Notes under the pieces: generated by a model
What the model was told of the DNA's origin: nothing
The model's database searches: none
Seen by the model: the letters and a program-made list of their open reading frames with translations, nothing else
Shown here: positions 52,326-63,330 of the stretch, in pieces
Layout: the number at the start of each line of letters is the position of its first letter
How positions within the stretch are numbered: position 1 is the stretch's first letter
Translations under genes and position numbers: made by a program
Assembly (NCBI RefSeq): GCF_006345805.1
Contig: NC_043002.1
Span: forward strand, 36,270,001 to 36,334,000
DNA from: Octopus sinensis
Taxonomy: Eukaryota
Length of the DNA stretch: 64,000 nt
Direction of reading: 5' to 3'

Positions 52326-52849
52326 GAATGAATTGCTCTTTAGGAAACGAGAGTATTGTTGTGTAGCTGCTGTATCGCTCCTAACATTTCTTCTTGGGTG
52401 CCGGCTTGTCGCGATCGGTGTTCCCCAATAGAAATTCTAAGAGGTTGCATGATCTTCGGGAAATAGCAACTAGATACTCCTTATAGACTAAATAGGGGAT
52501 ATAGCATAGAATGTAGTTTCTACAGAATGGTCACGTTTGGAAAGTTTTATTATTATAAGTCTGTTCGACCAAGGCTGATCTGGGGCTTAAATAAATAAAA
52601 ACCAAGTTTACTTTGAGCCAGCAAAGGAAGGTCCCAGCGTAGTTACTCAACATGCAAGAAATAGCAGCCAAATTGATACATTTAAAATCCAGCTTGGAGA
52701 AAGTTCTCTCATTGATGACAATCCTCTTACTGCTTGGGATATGTTTATATCGCACTGTTGTTTAAAATTGATGTCAGCTCTGATCGAGCGGACATATAAT
52801 TAAAGAGACTCTGGCTTCTTTTCTATGTTTAGGATTATGTTGTCTAATG

Positions 52850-53102
52850 CAGAGCTACTCAAAGTGATGGTCCGCGAGCCATCAGCTGCCGGTACGCGGC
52901 CAATTTCCAGATAAAAAAAAAAAACATTATAAAATGCTTATGTAATATTGTATTATTTGTTTACAAAATATATATAAGATTTTTTTAAAAATTATTATAT
53001 TCATTATATATATTGTTTCCGGTATAAATTAATATTACCAGTCCCTGGCACACTGGAAAAAAATTTACTACTACGTCACTTCAGATAGTTTGAGAAGCAC
53101 TG
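52850..53102. mobile_element. hAT-type MITE
   Basis: TIRs CAGAGCTACTCAAAGT / AGTTTGAGAAGCACTG; 8-bp TSD GTCTAATG / GTCTGATG (7/8). Confidence 0.78.
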
Positions 53103-53398
53103 GTCTGATGAGATATCGTTGGCAGAGTCGAGTTTTGTAGAACCATCCCTAGCTACTTCCAGCTTTTCTAAAACCGTTTTAATGTTAATCTATACCAGTT
53201 ATGGGCAAACTGTGACCCGCGGAACTTTCTGAATGCCAAACAAACGAAAAATTACCTTGAAATTTTTTTAGTAGTACGTGTTAGTAGAAGTGTCAACAAC
53301 AGATTGATGTTCCATATCTCATGCGGACTGCATCCCGAAAAGGCTACCCATGCTTGATCTGTACTATTCCTATTTTGTATTTGTGTGAACTATTATCA

Positions 53399-53541
53399 CA
53401 GTGCCATCTTAAGGCATGGACTCATAGGTCAGTTGCCTAGGGGCTCTATATATATGCTGTGATTTGCTGTCAATAAATATATACTACAGGGCCCAGGGAT
53501 TCATTTGCCCGAGGGCTTAAGATGCTTCTAAGGCAGCTCTG
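53399..53541. mobile_element. Probable short MITE
   Basis: Imperfect inverted termini CAGTGCCATCTTAAGGCAT / ATGCTTCTAAGGCAGCTCTG; no clear TSD. Confidence 0.4.
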
Positions 53542-54073
53542 TAATGTACATGGTTACGTTCTATTTCGAATCCTTTGTGGATCCGCATTTGTTAGTGAAA
53601 ACGTCCGAGATAGAGCGCTGGACTAAATACTTTACTATAGTCTAGTTTGTCCCATCGGTATCCTGTTCAAACCATCCTGTTGCTGATTTCTCTCTGATAC
53701 TTCAAGATTCAGTAACATAATACAAGAAATAGGCTGATATTGTATCAGTCGCGTCACTCCCGTTTGTATAGATTTGTGATTTTATATCTAAAAGAAGAAA
53801 TTTATTATTGTTATTGGAATAGTTTAGTGTAGACTGAACCTTTGGGTTCGTTTGTATCATATTTCGAATATCAGCTACTTTTCTCAAATCGTTCTTTTAA
53901 AAGCAATTCACAATCCTAATATAAATACAGGAGACCTTTCCCCCCTGATATATAAATATCACGAGAAAGATATTGTTCGCGAGAAGTGTCAACAACAGAT
54001 TGAAGGGAAATATATATGCGTGTGTGTATTGTGCGCGCATATGTGTGTGCGTGTGGTGCGTATGTGTATGTCA

Positions 54074-54235
54074 AATTTAATGTACACAATATAAAATAGC
54101 AGCCAATAATGCTTTCTTGCCATGGAGACACTGTAATTAGGTATGCCCTGTGCCTAAAGATTGCTTGCCTAATTACGGTGTCTCCATGACAAGAAACTAT
54201 TAGTCGCTCTTATTTTAATATTGTGTATATTAAAT
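54074..54235. repeat. Long inverted repeat (hairpin/foldback)
   Basis: 31-bp inner stem 54113-54143 / 54166-54196 (28 Watson-Crick, 2 G-U, 1 mismatch on +), 22-nt loop, and about 40 further imperfect base pairs outward. Confidence 0.85.
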
Positions 54236-54296
54236 GATATTTATCTTTCACTGGATGGAGTACCTTTTTTTATGATCCTACCTTAACGGAACAGGA

Positions 54297-54334
<38 letters not shown>

Positions 54335-54454
54335 ATGTAATGTGATGTGATGTTCTAGAATTATTAAATAACTCAAGGTTAATCCCGACTACAGTACTTG
54401 GGATTGTCTTTTCACTGAATAAATTAGAACATTTTTTGCATTAATGTCAGCTGG

Positions 54455-54590
54455 TGAGTGCCCGCCCACGTGCCCGGCATATAAACATTATCGTTTAGCT
54501 ACGTCTGCTGTGCACAGAATAGCAGATGTGTGTAGCTTAGTTTTGTCTGTCCACCTACGCTTATACATGACGTCAGCAAACATGGTGGAT
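54455..54590 (+). promoter_or_regulatory. Probable STX16 core promoter
   Basis: GC box CCCGCCC 54461-54467, E-box CACGTG 54467-54472, TATAAA 54480-54485 and palindromic CRE TGACGTCA 54568-54575, all within about 210 bp of the STX16 ATG in CpG-retaining sequence. Confidence 0.5.
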
Positions 54591-54670
54591 ATGGGATGTC
54601 TGTTTGTTTACCGGTGACACTTGAGTCCGACTAAATTCTTCCATTTCTCAAACCTCCCCAACGCCCAACC

Positions 54671-54751
54671 ATGGCTACTCGGAGTTTAACTGAAGTTTTT
54701 ATATTAATGCGGAATAATGCACTTCAAAGTCGACATATATTTTCCGAACAA
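54671..54751 (+). CDS. STX16: Syntaxin-16, first coding exon (partial; remaining exons not found in window)
   Basis: ccaaccATGG context; encodes MATRSLTEVFILMRNNALQSRHIFSEQ followed by CAA|GTGAGT. Matches human STX16 N-terminus [27 protein letters not shown], including the position of the donor after EQ. Confidence 0.88.
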
Positions 54752-56266
54752 GTGAGTAATTCAACCTCCAGTTCTTGCTGCTTATGATACAGTGATGATT
54801 CCCAACTACTCTTGTTCTCTCATTGATGACAACACGCTTGAACTTAATTTAATAGTTTCCCTTACCCACTTACCCCCCTATCATACACTCAGCAACCATT
54901 AGTTGCTGTTGCTGCCTGCAGTGAATGCATCTTGATCATTGCAGTTCCATATTACATGCAACTTTATAATCCGTACTTGTCATTTTACAACAGGCTTGTA
55001 ACTCAGTTTTTGCACCAACATAACACTCACTAGCATTTTCCTTATAATTCTCTCATAGCTTATCCATATGGTTTTTAAAAATATATTTTTACATTAATTA
55101 AATGTTCATATACGTTGGACCCATTGCAATATTTCTAATTGCGTGAATAAATTTGGTCAGTAATAACAATAAATAATTATTTAATTGCAAATCATAGTAA
55201 TAATTGTTTCTAATGTAGGCACAAGGCTAGAAATTTGGGAGGAGGGTCAGTCCAATAAATGGCCTCCAGTACGAGACTGGTACTTAATGAGGGTGTTGAC
55301 CTCTGCAGGATTGGAACGTAAAAAGCCGGAATAATTGTAAAAGCATTTTGTCCGATTCCTTTAACTATTCTGCGAAGGGTGAAAGTTAGTCGATTAAATT
55401 GCCTAAGTATTTGACTTTTTTAATTCATCAACCCCCCAAAAGTCGAGAAGTAAAGTTCACCTCGTCGGGATTTCATTTCAGAGTTTAGGGAGCCAATAAA
55501 CTAAAAACCAACGCCCTAACGATTGTACCAATCCATTCTAACATAAGCATAAGGCCACATAATTGAAAGGATCAGTTAGATGATTAACTGCCTGGTACTT
55601 CATACGATCGACCGTGGAAAGGTGAAAGGCAAAGTTGACCTCAGCGAGATTTGAACTTAAAACGTAAAGAGCTGGAGCAAATATCGCTATGTATTTTGAC
55701 TATTGATTAATCTTCCACCTAATAATAATGATCACAACAGATTAATTGTGAAGTTTACATGATTTTCTAGGGGTTTAAAAATATTCCAAAGTAGGGACAG
55801 GGCTACAAATTTAAATAAACTTTCTGAGAAAAACAAAATTAATAACTATGAGAAAGTCGAAAAGGTGTGTCGATAACATAGCATAAAAACGATGATGATT
55901 TATTGTAACCTACTTCTAAGCCAGTTTTATAGGTAAAATATTATAGTCGATTGAATTATAGATTCAAAATGTTATTGATACTGAAAGTATAAAAAGCAAT
56001 GTCTAATCCAGCGAACTTGTTTCTCCTTAAATTTATTTGATCCATTGGTAAATATTAAAACAGACCGTCAAGTTTACTTCCATGATTACCAAACATATAA
56101 ATACATTGTATTTAAATCAAACATGTTTCTATTCTCCTCGTCGAACGCTTGAATTTTCCTTGGCATGTGTGACGTTCTGATATTCTAAGCTGCAACACTT
56201 GTTCTAATCAAACAGCTTTGCTATTTCTTCAAATAAAGATTAGTAAAATAATTTATTAAAAATTAC

Positions 56267-56269
<3 letters not shown>

Positions 56270-56317
<48 letters not shown>

Positions 56318-56683
56318 CATAATTGTCTAATTATAAAGGAAGCAGATTGCTTTTCTTTGGTTTATCCTTCCTAGATATCTATCTACGTAGTGTTCCCCTC
56401 TTCGATTAATTCTATGTATTATTTATTGACTTGAGAAAATGTGTTAAGGAAGAAAGATGAAATAATAAGAACAAAACTAGGTGTGATTTTTTTTTGTTTG
56501 TTTTTAGATTTTGTAATGGAAATTTACCTGGATTTTAGGAACTGCGTAGAGATGATATTTCCTGGATATCATTCTTGCCTAAATACCATTTATTTCCTTG
56601 TTTTCAACGTTATCGTTACTCTCTATGAATTTTGTCATAGACGAATCTTCAGTGGTAACTAATCTCCTACGTGTGTATGTGTA

Positions 56684-56745
<62 letters not shown>
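56270..56745. repeat. (TA)n microsatellites (56270-56314, 56685-56745); others at 25747-25778, 54299-54328, 57523-57567, 59690-59742 and 61484-61632
   Basis: Directly visible dinucleotide runs. Confidence 0.9.
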
Positions 56746-56746
<1 letters not shown>

Positions 56747-57520
56747 GAAAAAACACCTTTTATCAATTCAAAATGAACATATATATATATATATACACGC
56801 ACAAATACGGATGTGTGATAATTAAAAAAAACACCACTACATATTTAAAATCGCAGAGCTCTTTAAAACAGCTTGTTGCAATTAGCCCTTAAGCAAATTA
56901 TATTCATAAGTGTGACTAGATCTGTTTAACCTAGATCACATACGATAGTAAATAATCTAAGTCATATGCTAAGTCGTAAGACATAAAAAAAATTGTTTTG
57001 TTTTTTTTAACCCTCTATCAAACAGTTGTTTAGCTCACAATCAACACTGATCGAATAACTACGATATGAGGAAAGACATTTTTGCCGTGACCATCATGTT
57101 TTTTGAAGGATATGTAGGACTACATTATTTAATGTTACCTATTATTTATTCATTTTATATTTTATTGTATTTTTTTCTAGGTAGTGTTTCATTTGGAGAG
57201 TTTGACTGTTCTTTTCAAAAGCTTAAGCGACCACGTAGAGGCACTCTGTGTTATAAACATTTGCTATATATTATAACGAATCTGATAAATATTTCTGTTA
57301 CTCACATATGCGCAATAATATTTGTGTATGTTCTTTTTTTTTTCTTGATTTGAAAAGAAATATTTCTTATATCTTTCTTATTTTATGATCTAAATTACAT
57401 TAGTCAACAATAATTCCAGGAATTAAAGAGCTGCATTTTTGTTGCGCTTGCCATGTTAAACCGCTGCTTCACGTTATTTAATCAATATTTGATATTTTCA
57501 AAGGTTATGTTACCCTCAAG

Positions 57521-57559
<39 letters not shown>

Positions 57560-57569
<10 letters not shown>

Positions 57570-58075
57570 CTTCATTTGTTTGTCATTGACTGCGGCCATG
57601 CACCGCTTTTAGTTGAACAAATCGACCCCAGGACTTATTCTTTGTAACCCTAGTACTTATTCTGTCGGGATTTTTGCTGAACCGCTAAGTTACGGGGAGG
57701 TAAACACGCCAACATCGGTTGTCAAACAATGGTGAAGGACAAACACACACACACGCACGAGCATATACAGGCATAGATATGTAGGATCTTGCAGGCATGA
57801 AGCGGATTCGATCCACCATAGCCAAATTTAAATTAACACTACAACAGAACTTTTCTCTGACAGCAGTTTTACATTTGCGAGATTGCCTTAGCTATGCCGA
57901 AATAATGTCTTCACCGGCTGGCTTCTATCAGTTTCCGTCTACCAAATCCACTCACAAGGCTTTGGGTCGGCCCGAGGCCATAGTAGAAGACACTCGCCCA
58001 AGGCGCAACACAGTGGGACTGAACCTGGGACCAATGTGGTTGGTAAACAAGCTACTTATCACACAGCCACTTCTC
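57560..58075 (-). mobile_element. Composite tRNA-derived SINE in STX16 intron 1
   Basis: tttccgtctaccaaatccactcacaaggctttgggtcggcccgaggc...cagtgggactgaacc...cacacagccact. Confidence 0.7.
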
Positions 58076-58146
58076 GGTTATATATATTATATATACAAAT
58101 ATATATACATATATAAATTATATATAATATATATTATGTATAGGTA

Positions 58147-58825
58147 CAGGAGTGGCTGTATGGTAAGTAGGTTACGGAAAGACTTCCGCCCTCCCCACCC
58201 CCATTTTCTCCCAAATTTGTTTATTTAAAAAAAATTTTTTTTACCAAAAATCCCCGTTTTCTGATACAAAGGTCCCGGAAAATTGCCAAAAATCGGCATT
58301 GTGAAGTTCCCCCCGCCCCAACTTCAATTTTGACTTTTTTCCTCAACACTAACCTTAAAACCCTAACCCTAAAACCCTGGTCCTAAACCCATAACCGTTA
58401 GTACAGAAATGTTTTGAAATTTTTGTCCGAATCATAATGTCCATATTTTTCTGCAAATTTAGAAAAAAAAATTTTACAAAAATTTTGGGAAATTTTTGTC
58501 CGAATCATAATCTCCGTATTGTTTCTCATATTTTGAAAAAAAAGAAATTCTGAAAAAGTGAAAAACGAAGGAAATGGGGGTGAGGGGTGGTAATTTAGAA
58601 ATGTTGATTTTTGCCAATTTTTTTGCAGATCTGTATTCACTGTAGGGTGGTTTTTTGGGGTGGGGCAGAAGTCTTGCTTAGCTTAGTTACCAACCATGTG
58701 CTTCCGGGTTCAGTCCCACTGCATGGTACCTTCGACTAGTGTTTCCTACTGTAGCTTCAGACCAACCACAGCCTTGTATCTGGATTTGATAGACGGAAAC
58801 TGAAAGAAGCCTGTCATATAAATAT
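58147..58825 (+). mobile_element. tRNA-derived SINE split by a ~500-bp TIR element (about 58181-58675)
   Basis: SINE head ggagtggctgtatggtaagtag resumes at ttaccaaccatgtgcttccgggttcagtcccact. Insert bounded by AAGACTTCCGCCC / GGGCAGAAGTCTT with internal ccctaaccctaa-like and gaaatttttgtccgaatcataat repeats. Confidence 0.68.
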
Positions 58826-58833
58826 ATATGTAC

Positions 58834-59565
58834 ACCGAGACCTTTGGAAGTATGCTGTGCGTGAGAAAACCCGGCAAGACCAGTGAGAACAGTCAAAATC
58901 AAAATCAAACCAAATCAATTCATATATCAGAAAGCAGAACCAAATTGAGGTCGATCAACATCAGTGGGAATTGCAGCTCCGATCGTGGTCGTTGCCGGCG
59001 CCGCCCCGTCTAGCCTCCGTGTCGGTGGCACGTAAAAGCACCATCCGTTCGTGTCCGTTGCCAGCCTCGCCTGGCCCCCATGCAGGTGACACGTAAAAGC
59101 ACCATCTGTTCGTGTTCGTTGCCAGCCTCGCCTGGCCCCCGTGCCGGTGACACGTAAAAGCACCATCCGTTCGTGGCCGTTTGCCAGCTCTGTCTGGCCC
59201 CCGTGCCGGTGACATGTAAAAGTACCAACCGTTCGTGGCCGTTTTCCAGCCCTGTCTGGCCCCGTGTCAGTGGCATGTAAAAGCACCATCCGTTCGTGTC
59301 CGTTGCCAGCCTCGCCTGGCCCCCGTGCTGGTGACACGTAAAAGCACCATCCGTTCGTGGCCGTTTGCCAGCTCTGTCTGGCACCTGTGCGGGTGGCACG
59401 TAAAAAACACTCACGGAGTGGTTGGCGTTAGGAAGGGCATCCAGCCGTAGAAACACTGCCAGATCTGACTGGGCCTGATGAAGCCTTCCAGCTTCATAGA
59501 CCCCAGTTGAACTGTCCAACCCATGCTAGCATGGAGAATGGACGCTAAATGATGATGATGATGAT
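58834..59565 (+). mobile_element. RTE 3' end with 7-unit 61-62-bp tandem array in its UTR
   Basis: Begins with ORF end RDLWKYAVREKTRQDQ* (compare [16 protein letters not shown] at 8660). cgtaaaagcacc-type anchors at 59031, 59092, 59153, 59215, 59276, 59337 and 59399; (GAT)n tail. Confidence 0.85.
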
Positions 59566-59688
59566 ATATGTGTGTGTATGTGTTTGTGTGTCTGGGTCTG
59601 TCACCCCACCAGAAGTTCTGGGGTTGATTCATTCAACTAAAGTCGGTGCTCTAGCATAGCCACAGTCAAATGACTGAAACAAATAAAA

Positions 59689-59745
<57 letters not shown>

Positions 59746-59759
59746 TTCTTTCCTGTAGT

Positions 59760-60850
59760 TGCAGCTCAGAGCTGTGGCCATGCTAATGCACTGCCGTTTT
59801 GCTACAATGTTATTACTGAGAGCCTCCTCCAAAATGTGGCACTTGGTGAAGAATGGAGTTTGATATAGCTACCCTCATTTGCACCTCTTGCCATGATGTA
59901 GGTTCATCTGGGACTCTTGACAGGAAGAGGTCCAGCTTTGATTTAAAAATGCCTACATCTACTTTGTGCAGGTTCCTCAGGCACTTTGGGAGAATATTAA
60001 AAAGCTGTGGGCCCTTGAAATCCAGGCTGTTGTAGTAACTGGTCCTGAAGTGCAATGGCGTTGCTGGGATCTTTGGCACTATGCACTGTCGTCCCATTCT
60101 GGCATTGGTGTAGCTTTCAGTGCCTAAATTTGGCACAATTCCTTCCAGGATCTTCTGGATGTATATTACTGCATACCTCTCCCACCTTCTTTCCATGGAG
60201 TAGAGTCTTAGCTGTTTCACCCTTTCCCAGTAGCTGAGCAGTTGCAAAGGGACGATCTTCTTTGTGAATCTTCTCTGGATTGCTTCAAGGTCCGCTGTTA
60301 ATTTCACACTGTTGGGTGACCATAGCTGTGAGCAGTAATCCAGGCAGCTAAGGACGAATGTCCTCCAGAGGACCATCATGGTTTCCTTATCTCTGGTTCT
60401 GAATGTTCTCAGGATCCATCCAGGCAGTCGTCTGCACTTTGTCGCCATCCTGGTAATGTGCACTTGGAAAGAGGTATCATCACTCATGTCAATACCCAGG
60501 TCCCTCACTGATTTAGGTTCTGGGATTGAAATTCCCTGTGGACCAGTGTACCCTGTAAGTTTCATATTCAGTTTTGGACGCTGGTAGCACAAGGCTTGGA
60601 ATTTTTCAGCATTAAACTGCATATTATTATCCTCAGCCCATCAGTAAATTGAGTCCAACTCCTGCTGCAAATGTGCAACATCGCTGGGGTTATGTATTTT
60701 CTGTGAGACTTTCGTATTGTCTGCATAGCTTGCAAGAGTGGCTATCTGAGTTCTTGAGGGTATGTCTGAGAGGGCCACTATAAAAAGCAGTGGTCCCAAG
60801 AGAGTGCCTTGTGGAACATCGCTCACTATTTGTGTTTTCATAGCTACTAC
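59760..60850 (-). mobile_element. CR1-clade LINE RT C-terminal half
   Basis: VPQGTLLGPLLF, YADNTKV, LQQELDSIY*W, MQFNAEKF, RDLGI, LDYCSQLWSP, LEAIQRRFTK, RLYSMERR and KGPQLFNILP. Confidence 0.88.
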
Positions 60851-60867
60851 TGCCTGACTTCTATGCA

Positions 60868-61075
60868 TATATATATATAACGGGAAGGTTTACGAAAATA
60901 AACAAAAGACGAAGGCAGGTGAAGTACAAACAAACAATGTATTAGTATGGCGCTCAGGAATAGAACAAGTCTTTTACATTTCAAGCCTACGCTCTTTGAC
61001 AGAAAGATACACAGAAAAGAAACAAGGAGAGAAAAAAATGCGTGTAGGGGCTAACGATCCAACATATATATATAT
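60868..61075 (-). mobile_element. Short (TA)n-flanked element carrying a minimal hammerhead-like motif; probable Penelope pLTR derivative
   Basis: About 190-bp non-microsatellite block between TA repeats containing the motif at 60970-61007. PLE origin is inferred from the motif architecture. Confidence 0.5.
60970..61007 (-). ncRNA. Degenerate minimal type I hammerhead-ribozyme-like motif
   Basis: Minus strand TCTTT-CTGTCAA-A-GAGC-GTAG-GCTT-GAAA-TGT-A-AAAGA: stem I 5 bp, stem II 4 bp, loopless stem III, GUA site. Core deviates from CUGANGA. Confidence 0.45.
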
Positions 61076-61082
61076 ATATATA

Positions 61083-61300
61083 TCGAGATTCGAGTGAGGT
61101 CATTGCCAGTACAGCCTGACTGGCCTCCGTAAAAACCACCCACTACACTCTCAGAGTGGTTGGCATTAAAAAGGGCATCCAGCTGTAGAAACTTTGCCAG
61201 ATCAAAATTGGGGCCTGGTGCAGCCATCTGGTTCGCCAGCCCTCAGTCAAAAATTGTCCAACCCATGTTAGCATGGAAATTGGACGTTAAATGATGATGA
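61083..61300 (+). mobile_element. RTE 3' tail copy (a further stub at about 61636-61700)
   Basis: gagtggttggcattaaaaagggcatccagctgtagaaac...acccatgttagcatggaaattggacgttaaatgatgatga. Confidence 0.75.
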
Positions 61301-61476
61301 TAAAATTAGAAAAAAAAAACTTTTTATCAATTCAATAATGAAAAATTAAATTATATTATTTAGAAAGATTAGATATTATAGAAAGATTAAATATAAGATA
61401 AAACATATTACAATGATTAAGTAATGTGCAAAATAGTAAATATTACTATTACATTTAATAGTAAATATTACATTAC

Positions 61477-61531
<55 letters not shown>

Positions 61532-61549
61532 TAGACATATATATATATG

Positions 61550-61598
<49 letters not shown>

Positions 61599-61724
61599 GT
61601 ACATACATATATGTATATTTGATATATATATATATCAGACCCCAGTCAAACTGCCCAACCCATGTTAGCATGGAAAACGGGCATTAAATGATGATGATAT
61701 GTATGTATATATATATATCAGGTA

Positions 61725-62885
61725 ATCTGTGAGAGTGAAGTGGAGTTGCGTAAGGTCAACACAAGGGAGCTGGGCCTCTTCCTCAGACTAAGCTATGACA
61801 GTAACTATTTAGATGACCATGACCTGAATAGATTCTGCCCCACCAGGTCACAGAGGGGAAGACCACTCACCATCACTTCAGCAGTGAAGAAAAGCACCAC
61901 AGAGCGCTGGAGTAGCTGGACTGCACCCACCCAAAATCCTGAGAACAACAATCAGGTGAAAGAAATGATTGCACAAGCAACAGCAGCCAGTGTAAAAACC
62001 ACCTTGAACAACCACGTAGTAAATTTTAACAAAAAACTATACATGCTGGTTCAAGGTGTAGCCATTGGTGTTGGTGTAGCTGGAGATGTGGCCAGCCTCT
62101 TCATGACCTGGTGGGACAGAAAACTTAAACAAATGTTAGCAGAACAGTCCACAACTCTCCTACTCTACAGTTGATATCTAGATGACATTAATATCATAGT
62201 TAGGGCCAGCTCTAGTGATGGTAGTGTAGAAACTGAGAAGAATGTAATGGAGAGCATCTAGCAAATAGCTAACTTAATCCAAAGTATCAAGGTAACTATA
62301 GATTACCCCACTAAGCATCTCAACAATAGACTCCCTGTACTTGATACTGAACTTTGGTTAGAGACTGAACAATAGAGTGCAGCTCCTCCACTCCTATTAC
62401 ATGAAACCCATAACTTCAAAATATGTTGTTCACAAGAACTCAGCTTTGTCACACAACATGAAAATTAACATACTGATAGCAGACTTAGGATAATGAACAA
62501 TGTGTCCCCACTATGCGAACCCTATGAAACGAAAAATTATATACGGAACTTCATGCACCACATGCAGTTCTCTGGATATGATCAAAAAGATAGGGTTCAA
62601 GTATACAGGGGGACTAGAAAGAAATTAGATAACATTGTACGTAATGATACCAGTGGTACCTGCCCTAGATATAGAAACAAAGAATGGAATAGGATACAAA
62701 GAACTTGTGATGAAGCAAACAGGGTGAACACGTGGTATAAAACCGAAAAATATCAAGGAGTGATGTTTGTAGAGGCCACAGCCCATGGAGAACTAGCCTG
62801 TAGATTTAGAAAAGCTCTGAAGGAGACCAAACTCAACAATTAGATTGTTGAAAAGCCAGGGAACTCTGTCAGATCACAACTATGT
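61725..62885 (+). mobile_element. Penelope-like element reverse transcriptase/thumb fragment, decayed
   Basis: NHVVNFNKKLYMLVQGVAIGVGVAGDVASLFMTWWDR, LYS*YLDDINI, IKVTIDYP..H.NNRLPVLD, YYMKP and MQFSGY; no GIY-YIG domain retained. Confidence 0.82.
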
Positions 62886-62894
62886 TTGTTTGCA

Positions 62895-63330
62895 ATGAGT
62901 CATTCCTGAGAGCATGAGTCCTTCAGGCCATTTGACGTTGGGGAAGTTGAAATCACCCATAAGAAATATACTTGCATGGTGCTCCAGTTGCATGAGGATT
63001 TCTTTAATTCTTGTGAGGCAGTCTTCAAACTTGCCTATGTGGTTTGGAGCATCCGGTGGGCAATATGTATTGCATATAACTATATTGTGTTGTCTTATGT
63101 ATACAATTAGAGTTTTACATACTGAATTTGAGTATGACAGTAAAACCTGGGGTGTGAGGTTATCACGGATGTATACAGCAACTCCACCATGGCTCCTTTC
63201 CCTTCTGTCTGTTCACAGTATGTCATATTTTGCTACGTATACTTCTGCATCCTCTATATCAGGGCTGAGGTGAGTTTCCATGAGTGCTATGCATAGGGCT
63301 TGATTGCATGCACAAGGCCACAACAAATAG
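62895..63330 (-). mobile_element. CR1-like LINE AP-endonuclease fragment (element may continue to window end)
   Basis: IALMETHLSPDI, DRRERSHGGVAVYI, YCPP and FLMGDFNFPNVKW. Confidence 0.82.

Noticed and set aside
58349-58395. Telomere or chromosome-fusion site
   Set aside because: Short, degenerate ccctaa repeats internal to a TIR-bounded insert; no long or head-to-head TTAGGG array.
59004-59410. CRISPR-like regular array
   Set aside because: Whole 61-62-bp units repeat with no unique spacers, there are no cas genes, and it is embedded in a eukaryotic RTE 3' UTR.
58927-59632. Overlapping ORFs of 70-170 aa (also 8088-8438, 24647-25076, 35836-36147)
   Set aside because: They are translations of the stop-poor RTE UTR repeat and SINE tails, with no protein-family motifs.
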